From NCBI RefSeq assembly GCF_011386835.1, contig NC_088806.1, forward strand, positions 1,178,001-1,242,000: a stretch of 64,000 bases of DNA. Direction: 5' to 3'. The DNA is from Chrysemys picta bellii. Lineage: Eukaryota. A model generated the notes under the pieces. It had not been told where the DNA came from. It made no database searches and saw only the letters and a program-made list of their open reading frames with translations. Shown here piece after piece: positions 1-11,304 of this stretch (the stretch's first letter is position 1; every line of letters begins with the position of its first letter). Both the position numbers and the translations under genes were made by a program.

Positions 1-1141
1 TCTTTGAGGAAGGGACTGTGTGTTCCTGTTATCCTTGGGGAATGTTTTTCTCCCATCCTTGATATCCGGATGTTCTGATACCACTTGATATCGGGAGGTG
101 TTCGTGTCAGTGCTCTGTGACTAGCACTTCTGAGGAATGTGAATTTCTGCAATATCAGCCCTGTTCTTGCCAAATTCTGTGAGCAGGTCCTGCCTCATAC
201 CAGGCCTCTGATACATGGGCTTATGTCTCCGACTCTCTTCCTAGCACCTCCGTTCACAAACAATGCACTGTCTCACCCCCTGCGCGGTCCTGCTCGTGCT
301 TACGCTGTGAAGCGTCATCAGACCCTTCGAAATCGAAGCTGCCCGTCGCTCCCTCCCGTTCTCAAAGCACTTTACCAAAGAGGGGAACAACATTCTCCCC
401 ATGGGGAAACTGAGGCAAAGCAGAGTCATAGAATCAGAGAACTAGAAGGGACCTCGTGAGGTCTCTAGTCCTGTCCCCTGCACTCGTGGCAGGACTAAGT
501 ATTATCTAGACCAGCCCTTACAGGTGTTTGTCCAACCGGATCTTAAAAATCCCCAACGATGGAGATTCTACAACCTCCCTGGGCAATTTATTCCAGTGCT
601 TAGCCCCCCTGAAAGGAAGTTTTTCCTAATGTCCAACCTAAACCGCCCTGGCTGCAATTTAAGCCCATTGCTTCTTACCCTGTCCTCAGAGGTTAAGAAG
701 AACAATTTTTCTCCCTCTTCCTTGTAACAACCTTTTATGTACTTGAAAACTGGTATCATGTCCCCTCTCAGTCTTCTCTTCTCCAGACTAAACAAACCCA
801 CGTTTTTCAATCTTCTCCCATCGCTCATGTTTTCTAGACCTTTCATCTTTTTTGTTGCTCTTCTCTGGACTCTCTCCAATTTGTCCACATCTTTCCTGAA
901 ATGTGGGGCCCAGAACTGGACACAATACTCCACTTAAGGCCTAATCAGCGCCGAGTAGAGCAGAAGAATTACTTCTCGTGTCTTGCTTACAACACTCCTG
1001 CTAATACATCCCACAATGTTGTTTGCTTTTTTTGCAACAGCGTCACACTGTTGACTCGCATTTAGCTTGTGGTCCACTATGACCTCCCGAGATCCCTTTC
1101 CATAGTACTCCTTCCTAGGCCGTCATTTCCCATTTTGTATG

Positions 1142-1447
1142 CAGGGCCGGCTACAGGCACCAGCCCACCAAGCTTGTGCTTGGGGCGGCACCTGGAGGGG
1201 GGCGGCGTGGCACTCCGGCTCCAGCCGCCAGGGAGAGCGGGGCCACGGCCGGGCACTCTGCCCTCCGCCCCGCGCTCTGGCCGGTCAGGGAGAGCGGAGC
1301 TGCAGCAGGCTCTCCGCCCTCCGCCCCGCGCTCTGGCCGGTCAGGGAGAGCGGGCCCGCGGCCGGGCTCGGCGCCCTCCCCTGCCGCGCTGGGGGGCGGC
1401 GGGAGGCTTTTTTGCCTGGGGCAGCAAAAAAGCCAGAGCCAGCCCTG
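1142..1447. mobile_element. Non-autonomous hAT-type DNA transposon (MITE) inserted in CR1
   Basis: TIRs CAGGGCCGGCT / AGCCAGCCCTG (10 of 11 match). Perfect 8-bp TSD TTTGTATG at 1134-1141 and 1448-1455. Internal ~65-bp duplication. Confidence 0.9.
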
Positions 1448-2538
1448 TTTGTATGTGTGCAACTGATTGTTCCTTCCTAGGTGGAGAACTTTGCATTTGT
1501 GCTTATTGAATTTCATCCTATTTACTTCAGACCATTTCTCCGGTTTGTCCAGATCATTTTGAATTTTAATCCTATCCTCCAAAGCACTTGTAACCCCTCC
1601 CAGCTTGGTATCGTCCACAAATTTTATAAGTGTCCTCTCTAGGCCATTATCTAAATCATTGATGAAGATATTGAACAGAACCAGACCCAGAACCGATCTC
1701 TGCGGGACTCCACTCGTTATGCCCTTCCAGCATGACTGTGAACCACCGATAACTACTCTGTGGGGACAGTTTTCCAACCAGTTTTGTGCCCACCTTATAG
1801 CAGCTCCATCTAGGTTGTATTTCCCTAGTTTGTTTATGAGAAGGTCATGCGAGACAGTATCAAAAGTCTTACTAAAGTCAAGATATACCACATCTATCGC
1901 TTCCCCCCAGCCACAAGGCTTGTTACCCTGTCAAAGAAAGCTATCGGGTTGGTTTGACACGATTTGTTCTTGACAAATCATAGAATCACAGAATATCAGG
2001 GTTGGAAGGGATCTCAGGAGGTATCTAGTCCAACCCCCTCATAGCAGGACCAAGCCCAACTAAATCAACCCAGCCAGGGCTTTGTCAAGCCGGGCCTTAA
2101 AAACCTCCAAGGATGGAGATTCCACCACCTCCCTAGGGAACCCATTCCAGTGCTTCACCACCCTCCTAGTGAAATAGTGTTTCCTAATATCCAACCTGGA
2201 CCTCCCCCACTGCAACTTGAGACTATTACTCCTTGTTCTGTCATCTGCCACCACCGAGAACAGCCGAGCTCCATCCTCTTTGGAACCCCCCTTCAGGTAG
2301 TTGAAAGCAGCTATCAAATCACTGAGCCTTAATCAGTGGGTGGGGCATTCATACAGGCCAGGGCTTTATAAAGCAGCGCACAAGCGACCAGGGAGCTTTT
2401 GCGACCAGGGGCTGCTAACAGGGAGTTTCGCAAGGGAGTTTGGAAGGGAGCAGGAAGGGGACGAGGGTCCCTTGCCGGTTCTATCTTTTTTCCCTTTATT
2501 CCCCTTAAAACCTATAAGCCAACTACATTCAAAACTTC

Positions 2539-3596
2539 TTGCTTAAACAACCCTTTCAGCGGACAGGGGGCTGCAGACGGGAGTTTGACAGAGGGAGGCT
2601 TACGATGGTTAGGAAGACCCGCAACACCTGTGCCAGCACTGCTACTGTCTCCTCCACCTGTGCCTGTAGCCAGACAGAGCGCCTGAGCATGGATGCCTCT
2701 ACCCAGATCCTGGTGTGGTTTTGCAGAGACTGTAACTTGCAATTTCCACTTACTGATATCCAGGCTGCGGGGACCATCCAATGTGAGAGGTGCCTGCTGG
2801 TGGAATCTCTCAGGCAGCAGGTGGGAGAGCTACAGGAGGAGGTGGCTAGGTTGAGGAGCATCCGAATCCACGAGCAATTCCTCGACAGTGTCCAGGTGGA
2901 GACAGCTGAGGTAGCTGTCCCAGTACACAGGACTGCTGATACACCACTGGTGGAGGAGGAGATGGCTCAGGGGGGACACTGGCAGCTGGTTACTTCTGGC
3001 ATCAGGCAGTGCTCCACCCTTGCTCCGAACCCTCCTGCCGTGGTTATAGGTAACCGTTATGCTCTTCTTGATACAGGAAAGAAGGAATCACCCCCTACAG
3101 TAAAGGAGGAGAAGCCTCGTACCCCTAAGGCTGGAGAGTCTGCTGCCACCACTGCGAATAGGAAACGTAGGGTAGTGGTGGTCGGAGACTCTTTGCTGAG
3201 GGGGACGGAGGCGCCCATCTGTCGCCCTGACATTTCATCTCAGGAGGTATGCTGCCTGCCGGGGGCCCGTATCCAAGACGTTACAGAGGCATTGTCGAGG
3301 ATTATCCAACCCTCTGACTACTACCCCATGCTACTCATCCATGTGGGCACAAATGATACTGCGCGGTGTGACGCTGAGCGGATCAAGAGTGACTACAGGG
3401 CTCTGGGAGTACAGGTGAAGGAGTTTGGAGCGCAGGTGGTATTCTCTTCAATTCTTCCTGTCAAAGGTAGGGGCCCGGGCAGAGACAGATGCATCATGGA
3501 GGTGAATGCCTGGCTGCGAAGATGGTGTCGCCAGGAGGGCTTTGGCTTCCTAGACCACGGGGTGCTATTCGAGGAAGGACTGCTAGGCAGAGATGT
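2539..3596 (+). pseudogene. CR1 ORF1 (Cys-rich finger, coiled coil, SGNH/GDSL esterase-like domain), truncated at the Harbinger junction
   Basis: CRDC...CERC, LRQQVGELQEEVARL, VVVVGDSLLRG and IHVGTND motifs. The frame runs into foreign sequence after GLLGRD. Confidence 0.85.
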
Positions 3597-3934
3597 TGAA
3601 TTAAGCCTGGACACGTCCACACGACGAAGCCCTTTCTTTCGATTTAAAGGGTCCTTTAAACCGGTTTCTTTACACCACCTTCGACGAGGGGATTAGCGAT
3701 AAAACCGGTCTTTGCGGGTTGGAATTGGGGTAGTGTGGACGGAATTCGACGTTATTGGCCTCCGGGAGCTATCCCACAGTGCTTCATTGTGACCGCTCTG
3801 GACAGCACTCTCAACTCAGATGCACTGACCAGGTAGACAGGAAAAGACCCGCGAATGTTTGAATTTCATTTCCTGTTTGCCCAGCGTGGAGAGCACAGGT
3901 GACCACGCAGAGCTCATCAGCACAGGTAACCGTG

Positions 3935-5849
3935 ATGGAGTCTCAGGATCGCAAAAGAGCTCCAGCATGGACCGAACGGGAGGTACGGGATCTGCTCGCC
4001 ATATGGGGAGATGAATCAGTGCTAGCTGAACTCCGTAGCAGTAAAAGAAATGGCAAAGTATTAGAAAAGATCTCCAAGGCCATGAAGGACCGAGGCCATA
4101 ACAGGGACACACAGCAGTGCCGCGTGAAAATTAAGGAGCTAAGGCAAGCCTACCACAAAGCCAGAGAAGCAAATGGAAGGTCCGGGGCAGAGCCGCAAAC
4201 TTGCCGCTTCTACGCGGAGCTGCATGCCATGCTAGGGGGTGCAGCCACCACTACCCCAACTGTGTGCTATGACTCCGTCAATGGAGAAACACACAGGGAA
4301 GACGGTTAGGGGAACGAGGAAGATGAGAATGGAGGTAATGTAGGTAGCTCACAGCAGCAAGGAAGCGGAGAAACCGGTTTCCCCAACAGCCAGGATATGT
4401 TTGTCACCCTGGACCTGGAACCAGTAACCCCCAAACCAAGACCCTGAGGGCACACAGGGGACCTCTGGTGAGTGTACCTTTGTAAATATTACACATGGTT
4501 TAAAAGCAAGCGTGTTTAATGATTAATGATTAATTTGCCCTGGCAATCGCGGCCAGTACAGCTACTGGAAAAGTCTGTTAACGTGTATGGGGATGGAGCG
4601 GAAATCCTCCAGGGACATCTCCAGAAAGCTCTCCTTCATGTACTCCCAAAGCCTTTGCAAAAGGTTTCTGGGGAGGGCTGCCTTATCCCGTCCGCCATAG
4701 TAGGACACTTTACCACGCCAGGCCAGTAGCACGTAGTCTGGAATCATTGCATAACAAAGCATGGCAGCGTATGGTCCCGGTGTTTGCTGGCATGCAGACA
4801 ACATCCATTCCTTATCTCTCTTTGTTATCCTCAGGAGAGTGATATCATTCACGGTCACCGGGTTGAAATGGGGTGATTTTATTAAGGGGACATTCAGAGG
4901 TGCCCGTTCCTGCTCTTCTGAACAGAAATGTTCCCCACTGTTAACCACGCGGTGGGGGGAGGGGTGAAGTGATCATCCCAGAGAATCGGGTGTGTGTGGG
5001 GGGGGGGGTTTACTTGGGTTTGTGCTGCATGTTAACCCAGAAACCGCAGCCCCTCCTTTTACATTGAAAACCTATTTTAAATGGCCAACCCAATTCATCC
5101 TTGATATGGGAAATGAGGGCGCTGCTGTTTGAAACCATTCCCACATGTTAAGAAGGTTAAAAAAGCCAAAAGACTGTGGCTTACCATGGCTGCCTGCAAG
5201 CCGAAATCTGTTGCCTGGCACTGCGTGAGTGATCTCTCACACCAAACCGGCAGGCAGAGGAAAAATGCGACCTTGTAACGAAAGAGTGTACCCATTGTTC
5301 TCTAAAATGTGTCTTTTTTAAACACCTCTCCCTTCTCCTCCACCAGCTGCAAATGTTTCTCCTTTGCAGAGGCTCGTGAACATTAGAAAGAGAAAACGGT
5401 GGACGCGGGACGATATGTTCACGGAGCTGCAGATGTCCTCCCACGCTGATAGAGCACAGCAGAATGCGTGGAGGCAGTCAATGTCGGACATGAGAAAAGC
5501 ACAATATGAACGACAGGAGAGGTGGCGGGCTGAATGGCGGGATGAAAAGAGCAAGTGGCGGGCTGAAGATGATAGGTGGCGTCAGCTTGCAGACAGACGG
5601 CAAGAGTGAATGCTCCGTCTGCTGGAGCATCAAACTGATATGCTCGAGCGTATGGTTGAGCTGCGGGAAAGGCAGCAGGAGCAGAGACCGCCGCTACAGC
5701 CCCTGTGTAACCAACAGCCCTCCTCCCCAAGTCCCATAGCCTCCTCACCCAGACGCCCAAGAACACAGTGGGGGGGCCTCCGGCCACCCAGTCACTCCAC
5801 CCCAGACGATTGCCCGAGCATCAGAAGGCTGGCCTTCAATAAGAGTTAA
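3935..5849 (+). pseudogene. Harbinger Myb/SANT-like (trihelix) DNA-binding protein, two exons (3935-4467, 5347-5849), premature stops
   Basis: WTEREVRDLLAIWG...RDTQQCRVKIKELRQAY. Donor CTG|GTGAGT at 4468, acceptor CCACCAG at 5346. In-frame stops at 4307-4309 and 5607-5609. Confidence 0.8.
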
Positions 5850-6100
5850 AGTTTTAAAATGCAGTGTGTCCTTTTCCATCCCTCCTCCCTCACCCATCCC
5901 AGGCTACCTTGGCAATTATCCCCCTACTTGTGTGATGAATTAATAAAGAATGCATGAATGTGAAATAACAATGACTTTATTGCCTCTGCAAGCGGTGCTC
6001 GAAGTGGGGAGGGGAGGGGAGGGTGGTTGGTTTACAGGGAAGTAGAGTGAACCGGGTGGGGGGGGTTGGAGGGTTCATCAAGGAGAAACAAACAGAAGTT

Positions 6101-7382
6101 TCACACCATAGCCTGGCCAGTCACAAAACTCGTTTTCAAAGCTTCTCTGATGCGCACCACGCCCTGCTGTGCTCCTCTAACCGCCCTGGTGTCTGGCTGC
6201 GCGTAATTAGCGGCCAGGCGAGTTGCCTCAACCTCCCACCCTGCCATAAATGTCTCCCCCTTACTCTCACAGATATTGTGGAGCGCACAGCAAGCAGCAA
6301 TAACAATGGGGATATTTTTTTCGCTGAGGTCTGAGCAAGTCAGTAAGCTGCGCCAGCGCGCTTTTAAACGTCCAAATGCACATTCCACCACCATTCGGCA
6401 CTTGCTCAGCCTATAGTTGAACAGGTCCTGACTCCTGTCCAGGCTGCCTGTGTATGGCTTTATGAGCCATGGCATTAAGGGGTAGGCTGGGTCCCCAAGG
6501 ATCACGATAGGCATTTCAACATCCCCAACGGTTACTTTCTGGTCCGGGAAGAAAGTCCCTTCCTCCAGCTTTCGAAACAGACCAGAGTGCCTGAAGACGC
6601 GAGCATCATGTACCTTTCCTGGCCATCCCACGTTGATGTTGGTGAAACGTCCCTTGTGATCCACCAGGGCTTGAAGCAGCATTGAAAAGTACCCCTTGCG
6701 GTTTATGTACTCGGTGGCTTGGTGCTCCGGTGCCAAGATAGGGATATGGGTTCCGTCTATGGCCCCACCACAGTTTGGGAATCCCATTTCATCAAAACCA
6801 TCCACTATTGCCTGCACGTTGCCCAGAGTCACTACCCTTGATATCACCAGGTCTTTCATTGCCCTGGCAACTTGGATCACAGCAGCCCCCACAGTAGATT
6901 TGCCCACTCCAAATTGATTCCCGACTGACCGGTAGCTGTCTGGCGTTGCAAGCTTCCACAGGGCTATCGCCACTCGCTTCTCAATTGTGAGGGCTGCTCT
7001 CATCCTGGTATTCTGGCGCTTCAGGGCAAGGGAAAGCAAGTCACAAAGTTCCATGAAAGTTTCGCAGCCACTGGGAATCGTCCCACACCTGCAGCACGAT
7101 GCGGTCCCACCAGTCTGTGCTTGTTTCCCGGGCCCAGAATCGGCGTTCCACGCCATGAACCTGCCCCAGTAACATCATGATTTCCACATTGCTGGGGCCT
7201 GTGCCTTGTGAGAGGTCTATGTCCATGTCAATTTCCTCATCACTCTCTTCGCCGCGCTGCAATCGCCTCCTCGGCTGGTCCGGGTTTCGCCTTGGCATGT
7301 CCTGGCTCTGCATATACTCCAGGACAATGCGCGTGGTGTTCATAGTGCTCATAATTGCCGCGGTGATCTGAGCGGGCTCCAT
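6101..7382 (-). pseudogene. Harbinger DDE transposase (HARBI1-like), one frameshift near 7060
   Basis: GAIDGTHIPI, ILGDPAYPL, VVECAFGRLKARWR. The N-terminal ORF (7041-7382) ends WLRNF and the next frame resumes FMELC, consistent with a short deletion. Confidence 0.9.
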
Positions 7383-8547
7383 GATCCCAGTGCTAGCTAT
7401 GGCGCCTGGTCAGAAAAAAGGCGCGAAACTAGTATCTGATGGACCAGGGGAAGGAGGGAGGGAGGGCGGGCCGAGTGACGACATGGCGTACAGGTACAGG
7501 GAATTAAAATCAAGAAAGGTGGCTGTGCATCAAGGAGAAACACAAACAACTGTCACACAGAATGGTCCCCCCAAAGATTAAACTGAAAACCCTGGGTTTA
7601 GCAGGCCGTTGATTTCACGGAGGGAGGGGAAGCAAATGAATACAGAACAAATCTATTTTTTACATCTTAAGCTGGCAGCCGACGGTGCAGCATGACTGAT
7701 AGCCTCTGCAGTACGACGACGATGGATACCAGTCGTAATATACCATCTTCTACCAAAAGGCAAGGGGCTGCTGCTCTGTAGCAATGCAGCCCCACGTCTG
7801 CCAGCCCCACGTCTGCCAGCACCTCGGCCTCTTCTGGGTCTTAGCAGACAATACTGGGCAATTGGCAGAAAATAGCATACTACGACCGATAGCCATCATC
7901 ATCGAGACAGTAGCATGTCTGCCCAGGTGCCCATGATTGACAGCCACTGCAGTATGACGACGACGGATACCAATCGTAATATACCATCTTCTACCAAAGG
8001 GCAAGGGGCTGGTGCAATGCAGCCCTACGGCTGCCAGCCCCACGGCTATTAGTCATGCTACACTGTCTACCGCCAAAAGGCAGTTAGCAGCTGCTGCTGT
8101 GTAGCAATGCAGTCCCACGTCCGCCGGCACCCAGAGGACATATGGTGACGGTGAGCTGAGCGGGCTCCATGCTTGCCGTGGTATGTTGTCTGCACAGGTA
8201 ACCCGGGTAAAAAGGCGCGAATCGATTGTCTGCCGGTGCTCTGACGGAGGGGGAGGGGCCTGATGACATGTACCCAGAGCCCCCCGCGACACTGTTTTGC
8301 ATCATTCAGACACTGGGATTTCAACCCAGAATTCCAATGGGCTGCGGAGACTGCGGGAACTGTGGGATAGCTACCCATAGTGCAATGCTCCGGAAGTCGA
8401 CGCTAGCCTCGGTACTGTGGACGCGGTCTGCCGACTAGAGCACTTACAGCATTTTATGTGGGGACACACACAATCGGCTGTATACAACCGATTTCTATAA
8501 AACCGGCTTCTATAAATTCGACCTAATTTCGTAGTGTAGACATACCC

Positions 8548-11304
8548 TTAGATGCCTATATACAAATGCGAGAAGTATGGGGAATAAGCAGGAAGAACTG
8601 GAAGTGCTAATAAATAAATACAACTATGACATTGTTGGCATCACTGAAACTTGGTGGGATAATACACGTGATTGGAATGTTGGTGTGGATGGGTACAGCT
8701 TGCTCAGGAAGGATAGACAGGGGAAAAAGGGAGGAGGTGTTGCCTTGTATATTAAAAATGTACACACTTGGACTGAGGTAGAGATGGACATAGGAGACGG
8801 AAGTGTTGAGAGTCTCTGGGTTAGGCTAAAAGGGGTAAAAAACAAGGGAGATGTCATGCTAGGAGTCTACTACAGGCCACCTAACCAGGTGGAAGAGGTG
8901 GATGAGGCTTTTTTTAAACAAATAACAAAATCATCCAAAGCCCAAGATTTGGTGGTGATGGGGGACTTCAACTATCCGGATATATGTTGGGAAAATAACA
9001 CAGCGGGGCACAGACTATCCAACAAATTCTTGGACTGCATTGCAGACAACTTTTTATTTCAGAAGGTTGAAAAAGCTACTGGGGGGAAGCTGTTCTAGAC
9101 TTGATTTTAACAAATAGGGAGGAACTCGTTGAGAATGTGAAAGTAGAAGGCAGCCTGGGTGAAAGTGATCATGAAATCATAGAGTTTGCAATTCTAAGGA
9201 AGGGTAGAAGGGAGAACAGCAAAATAGAGACAATGGATTTCAGGAACACAGATTTTGGGAAGCTCAGAGAGCTGATAGGTAAGGTCCCATGGGAATCAAG
9301 ACTGAGGGGAAAAACAACTGAGGAGAGTTGGCAGTTTTTCAAAGGGACACTATTAAGGGCCCAAAAGCAAGCTATTCCACTGGTTAGGAAAGATAGAAAA
9401 TGTGGCAAAAGACCCCCTTGGCTTAACCACGAGATCTTGCATGATCTAAAAAATAAAAAGGAGTCATATAAAAATGGAAACTAGGACAGATTACAAAGGA
9501 TGAATATAGGCAAACAACACAGGAATGCAGGGGCAAGATTAGAAAGGCAAAGGCACAAAATGAGCTCAAACTAGCTACAGGAATAAAGGGAAACAAGACG
9601 ACTTATCAATACATTAGAAGCAAGAGGAAGACCAAAGACAGGGTAGGCCCACTGCTCAGTGAAGAGGGAGAAACAGAAACAGGAAACTTGGAAATGGCAG
9701 AGATGCTTAATGACTTCTTTGTTTCGGTCTTCACCGAGAAGTCTGAAGGAATGCCTAACATAGTGAATGCTAATGGGAAGGGGGTAGGTTTAGCAGATAA
9801 AATAAAAAAAGAACAAGTTAAAAATCACTTAGAAAAGTTAGATGCCTGCAAGTCACCTGGGCCTGATGAAATGCATCCTAGAATACTCAAGGAGCTAATA
9901 GAGGAGGTATCTGAGCCTCTAGCTATTATCTTTGGAAAGTCATGGGAGACGGGAGAGATTCCAGAAGACTGGAAAAGGGCAAATATAGTGCCCATCTATA
10001 AAAAGGGAAATAAAAACAACCCAGGAAACTACAGACCAGTTAGTTTAACTTCTGTGCCAGGGAAGATAATGGAGCAAGTAATTAAGGAAATCATCTGCAA
10101 ACACTTGGAAGGTGGTAAGGTGATAGGGAACAGCCAGCATGGATTTGTGAAGAACAAATCATGTCAATCCAATCTGATAGCTTTCTTTGATAGGATAACG
10201 AGCCTTGTGGATAAGGGTGAAGCTGTGGATGTGGTATACCTAGACTTTAGTAAGGCATTTGATACAGTCTCGCATGATATTCTTATCGATAAACTAGGCA
10301 AATACAATTTAGATGGGGCTACTATAAGGTGGGTGCATAACTGGCTGGATAACCGTACTCAGAGAGTTGTTATTAATGGTTCCCAATCCTGCTGGAAAGG
10401 CATAACAAGTGGAGTTCTGCAGGGGTCTGTTTTGTGACCGGCTCTGTTCAATATCTTCATCAACGACTTAGATATTGGCAAAGACAATACGCTTATTAAG
10501 TTTGCGGATGATACCAAACTGGGAGGGATTGCAACTGCTTTGGAGGACAGGGTCATAATTCAAAATGATCTGGACAAATTGGAGAAATGGTCTGAGTTAA
10601 ACAGGATGAAGTTTAACAAAGACAAATGCAAAGTGCTCCACTTAGGAAGGAACAATCAGTTTCACACATACAGAATGGGAAGAGACTGTCTAGGAAGGAG
10701 TACGGCAGAAAGGGATCTAGGGGTCATAGTGGACCACAAGCTAAATATGAGTCAACAGTGTGATGCTGTTGCAAAAAAAGCAAACATGATTCTGGGATGT
10801 ATTAACAGGTGTGTTGTGAGCAAGACACGAGAAGTCATTCTTCCGCTCTACTCTGCTCTGGTTAGGCCTCAGCTGGAGTATTGTGTCCAGTTCTGGGCAC
10901 CGCATTTCAAGAAAGATGTGGAGAAACTGGAAAGGGTCCAGAGAAGAGCAACAAGAATGATTAAAGGTCTTGAGAACATGACCTATGAAGGAAGGCTGAA
11001 AGAATTGGGTTTGTTTAGTTTGGAAAAGAGAAGACTGAGAGGGGACATGATAGCAGTTTTCAGGTATCTAAACGGGTGTCATAAGGAGGAGGGAGAAAAC
11101 TTGTTCACCTTAGCCTCTAAGGATAGAACAAGAAGCAATGGGTTTAAACTGCACCAAGGGAGGTCTAGGTTGGACATTAGGAAAAAGTTCCTAACTGTCA
11201 GGGTGGTTAAACACTGGAATAAATTGCCTAGGGAGGTTGTGGAATCTCCATCTCTGGAGATATTTAAGAGTAGGTTAGATAAATGTCTATCAGGGATGGT
11301 CTAG
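8548..11304 (+). pseudogene. CR1 ORF2 (APE endonuclease plus reverse transcriptase), several frameshifts and a stop
   Basis: [38 protein letters not shown]. Broken into ORFs 8577-9098, 9101-9484, 9688-10437 and 10540-11304. Confidence 0.93.

Larger units (their letters stand above)
3609..8547. mobile_element. PIF/Harbinger DNA transposon, autonomous-type structure, decayed
   Basis: Imperfect TIRs GGACACGTCCACACGACG (3609-3626) and reverse complement of 8530-8547 GGGTATGTCTACACTACG (13 of 18). TTA at the right flank. Convergent Myb/SANT and DDE transposase genes, with polyA signals on both strands (AATAAA 5942, TTTATT 5976). Confidence 0.9.

Noticed and set aside
139-459. 106-aa ORF at the window start
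   Set aside because: No motif, and it ends in the CR1 tail.
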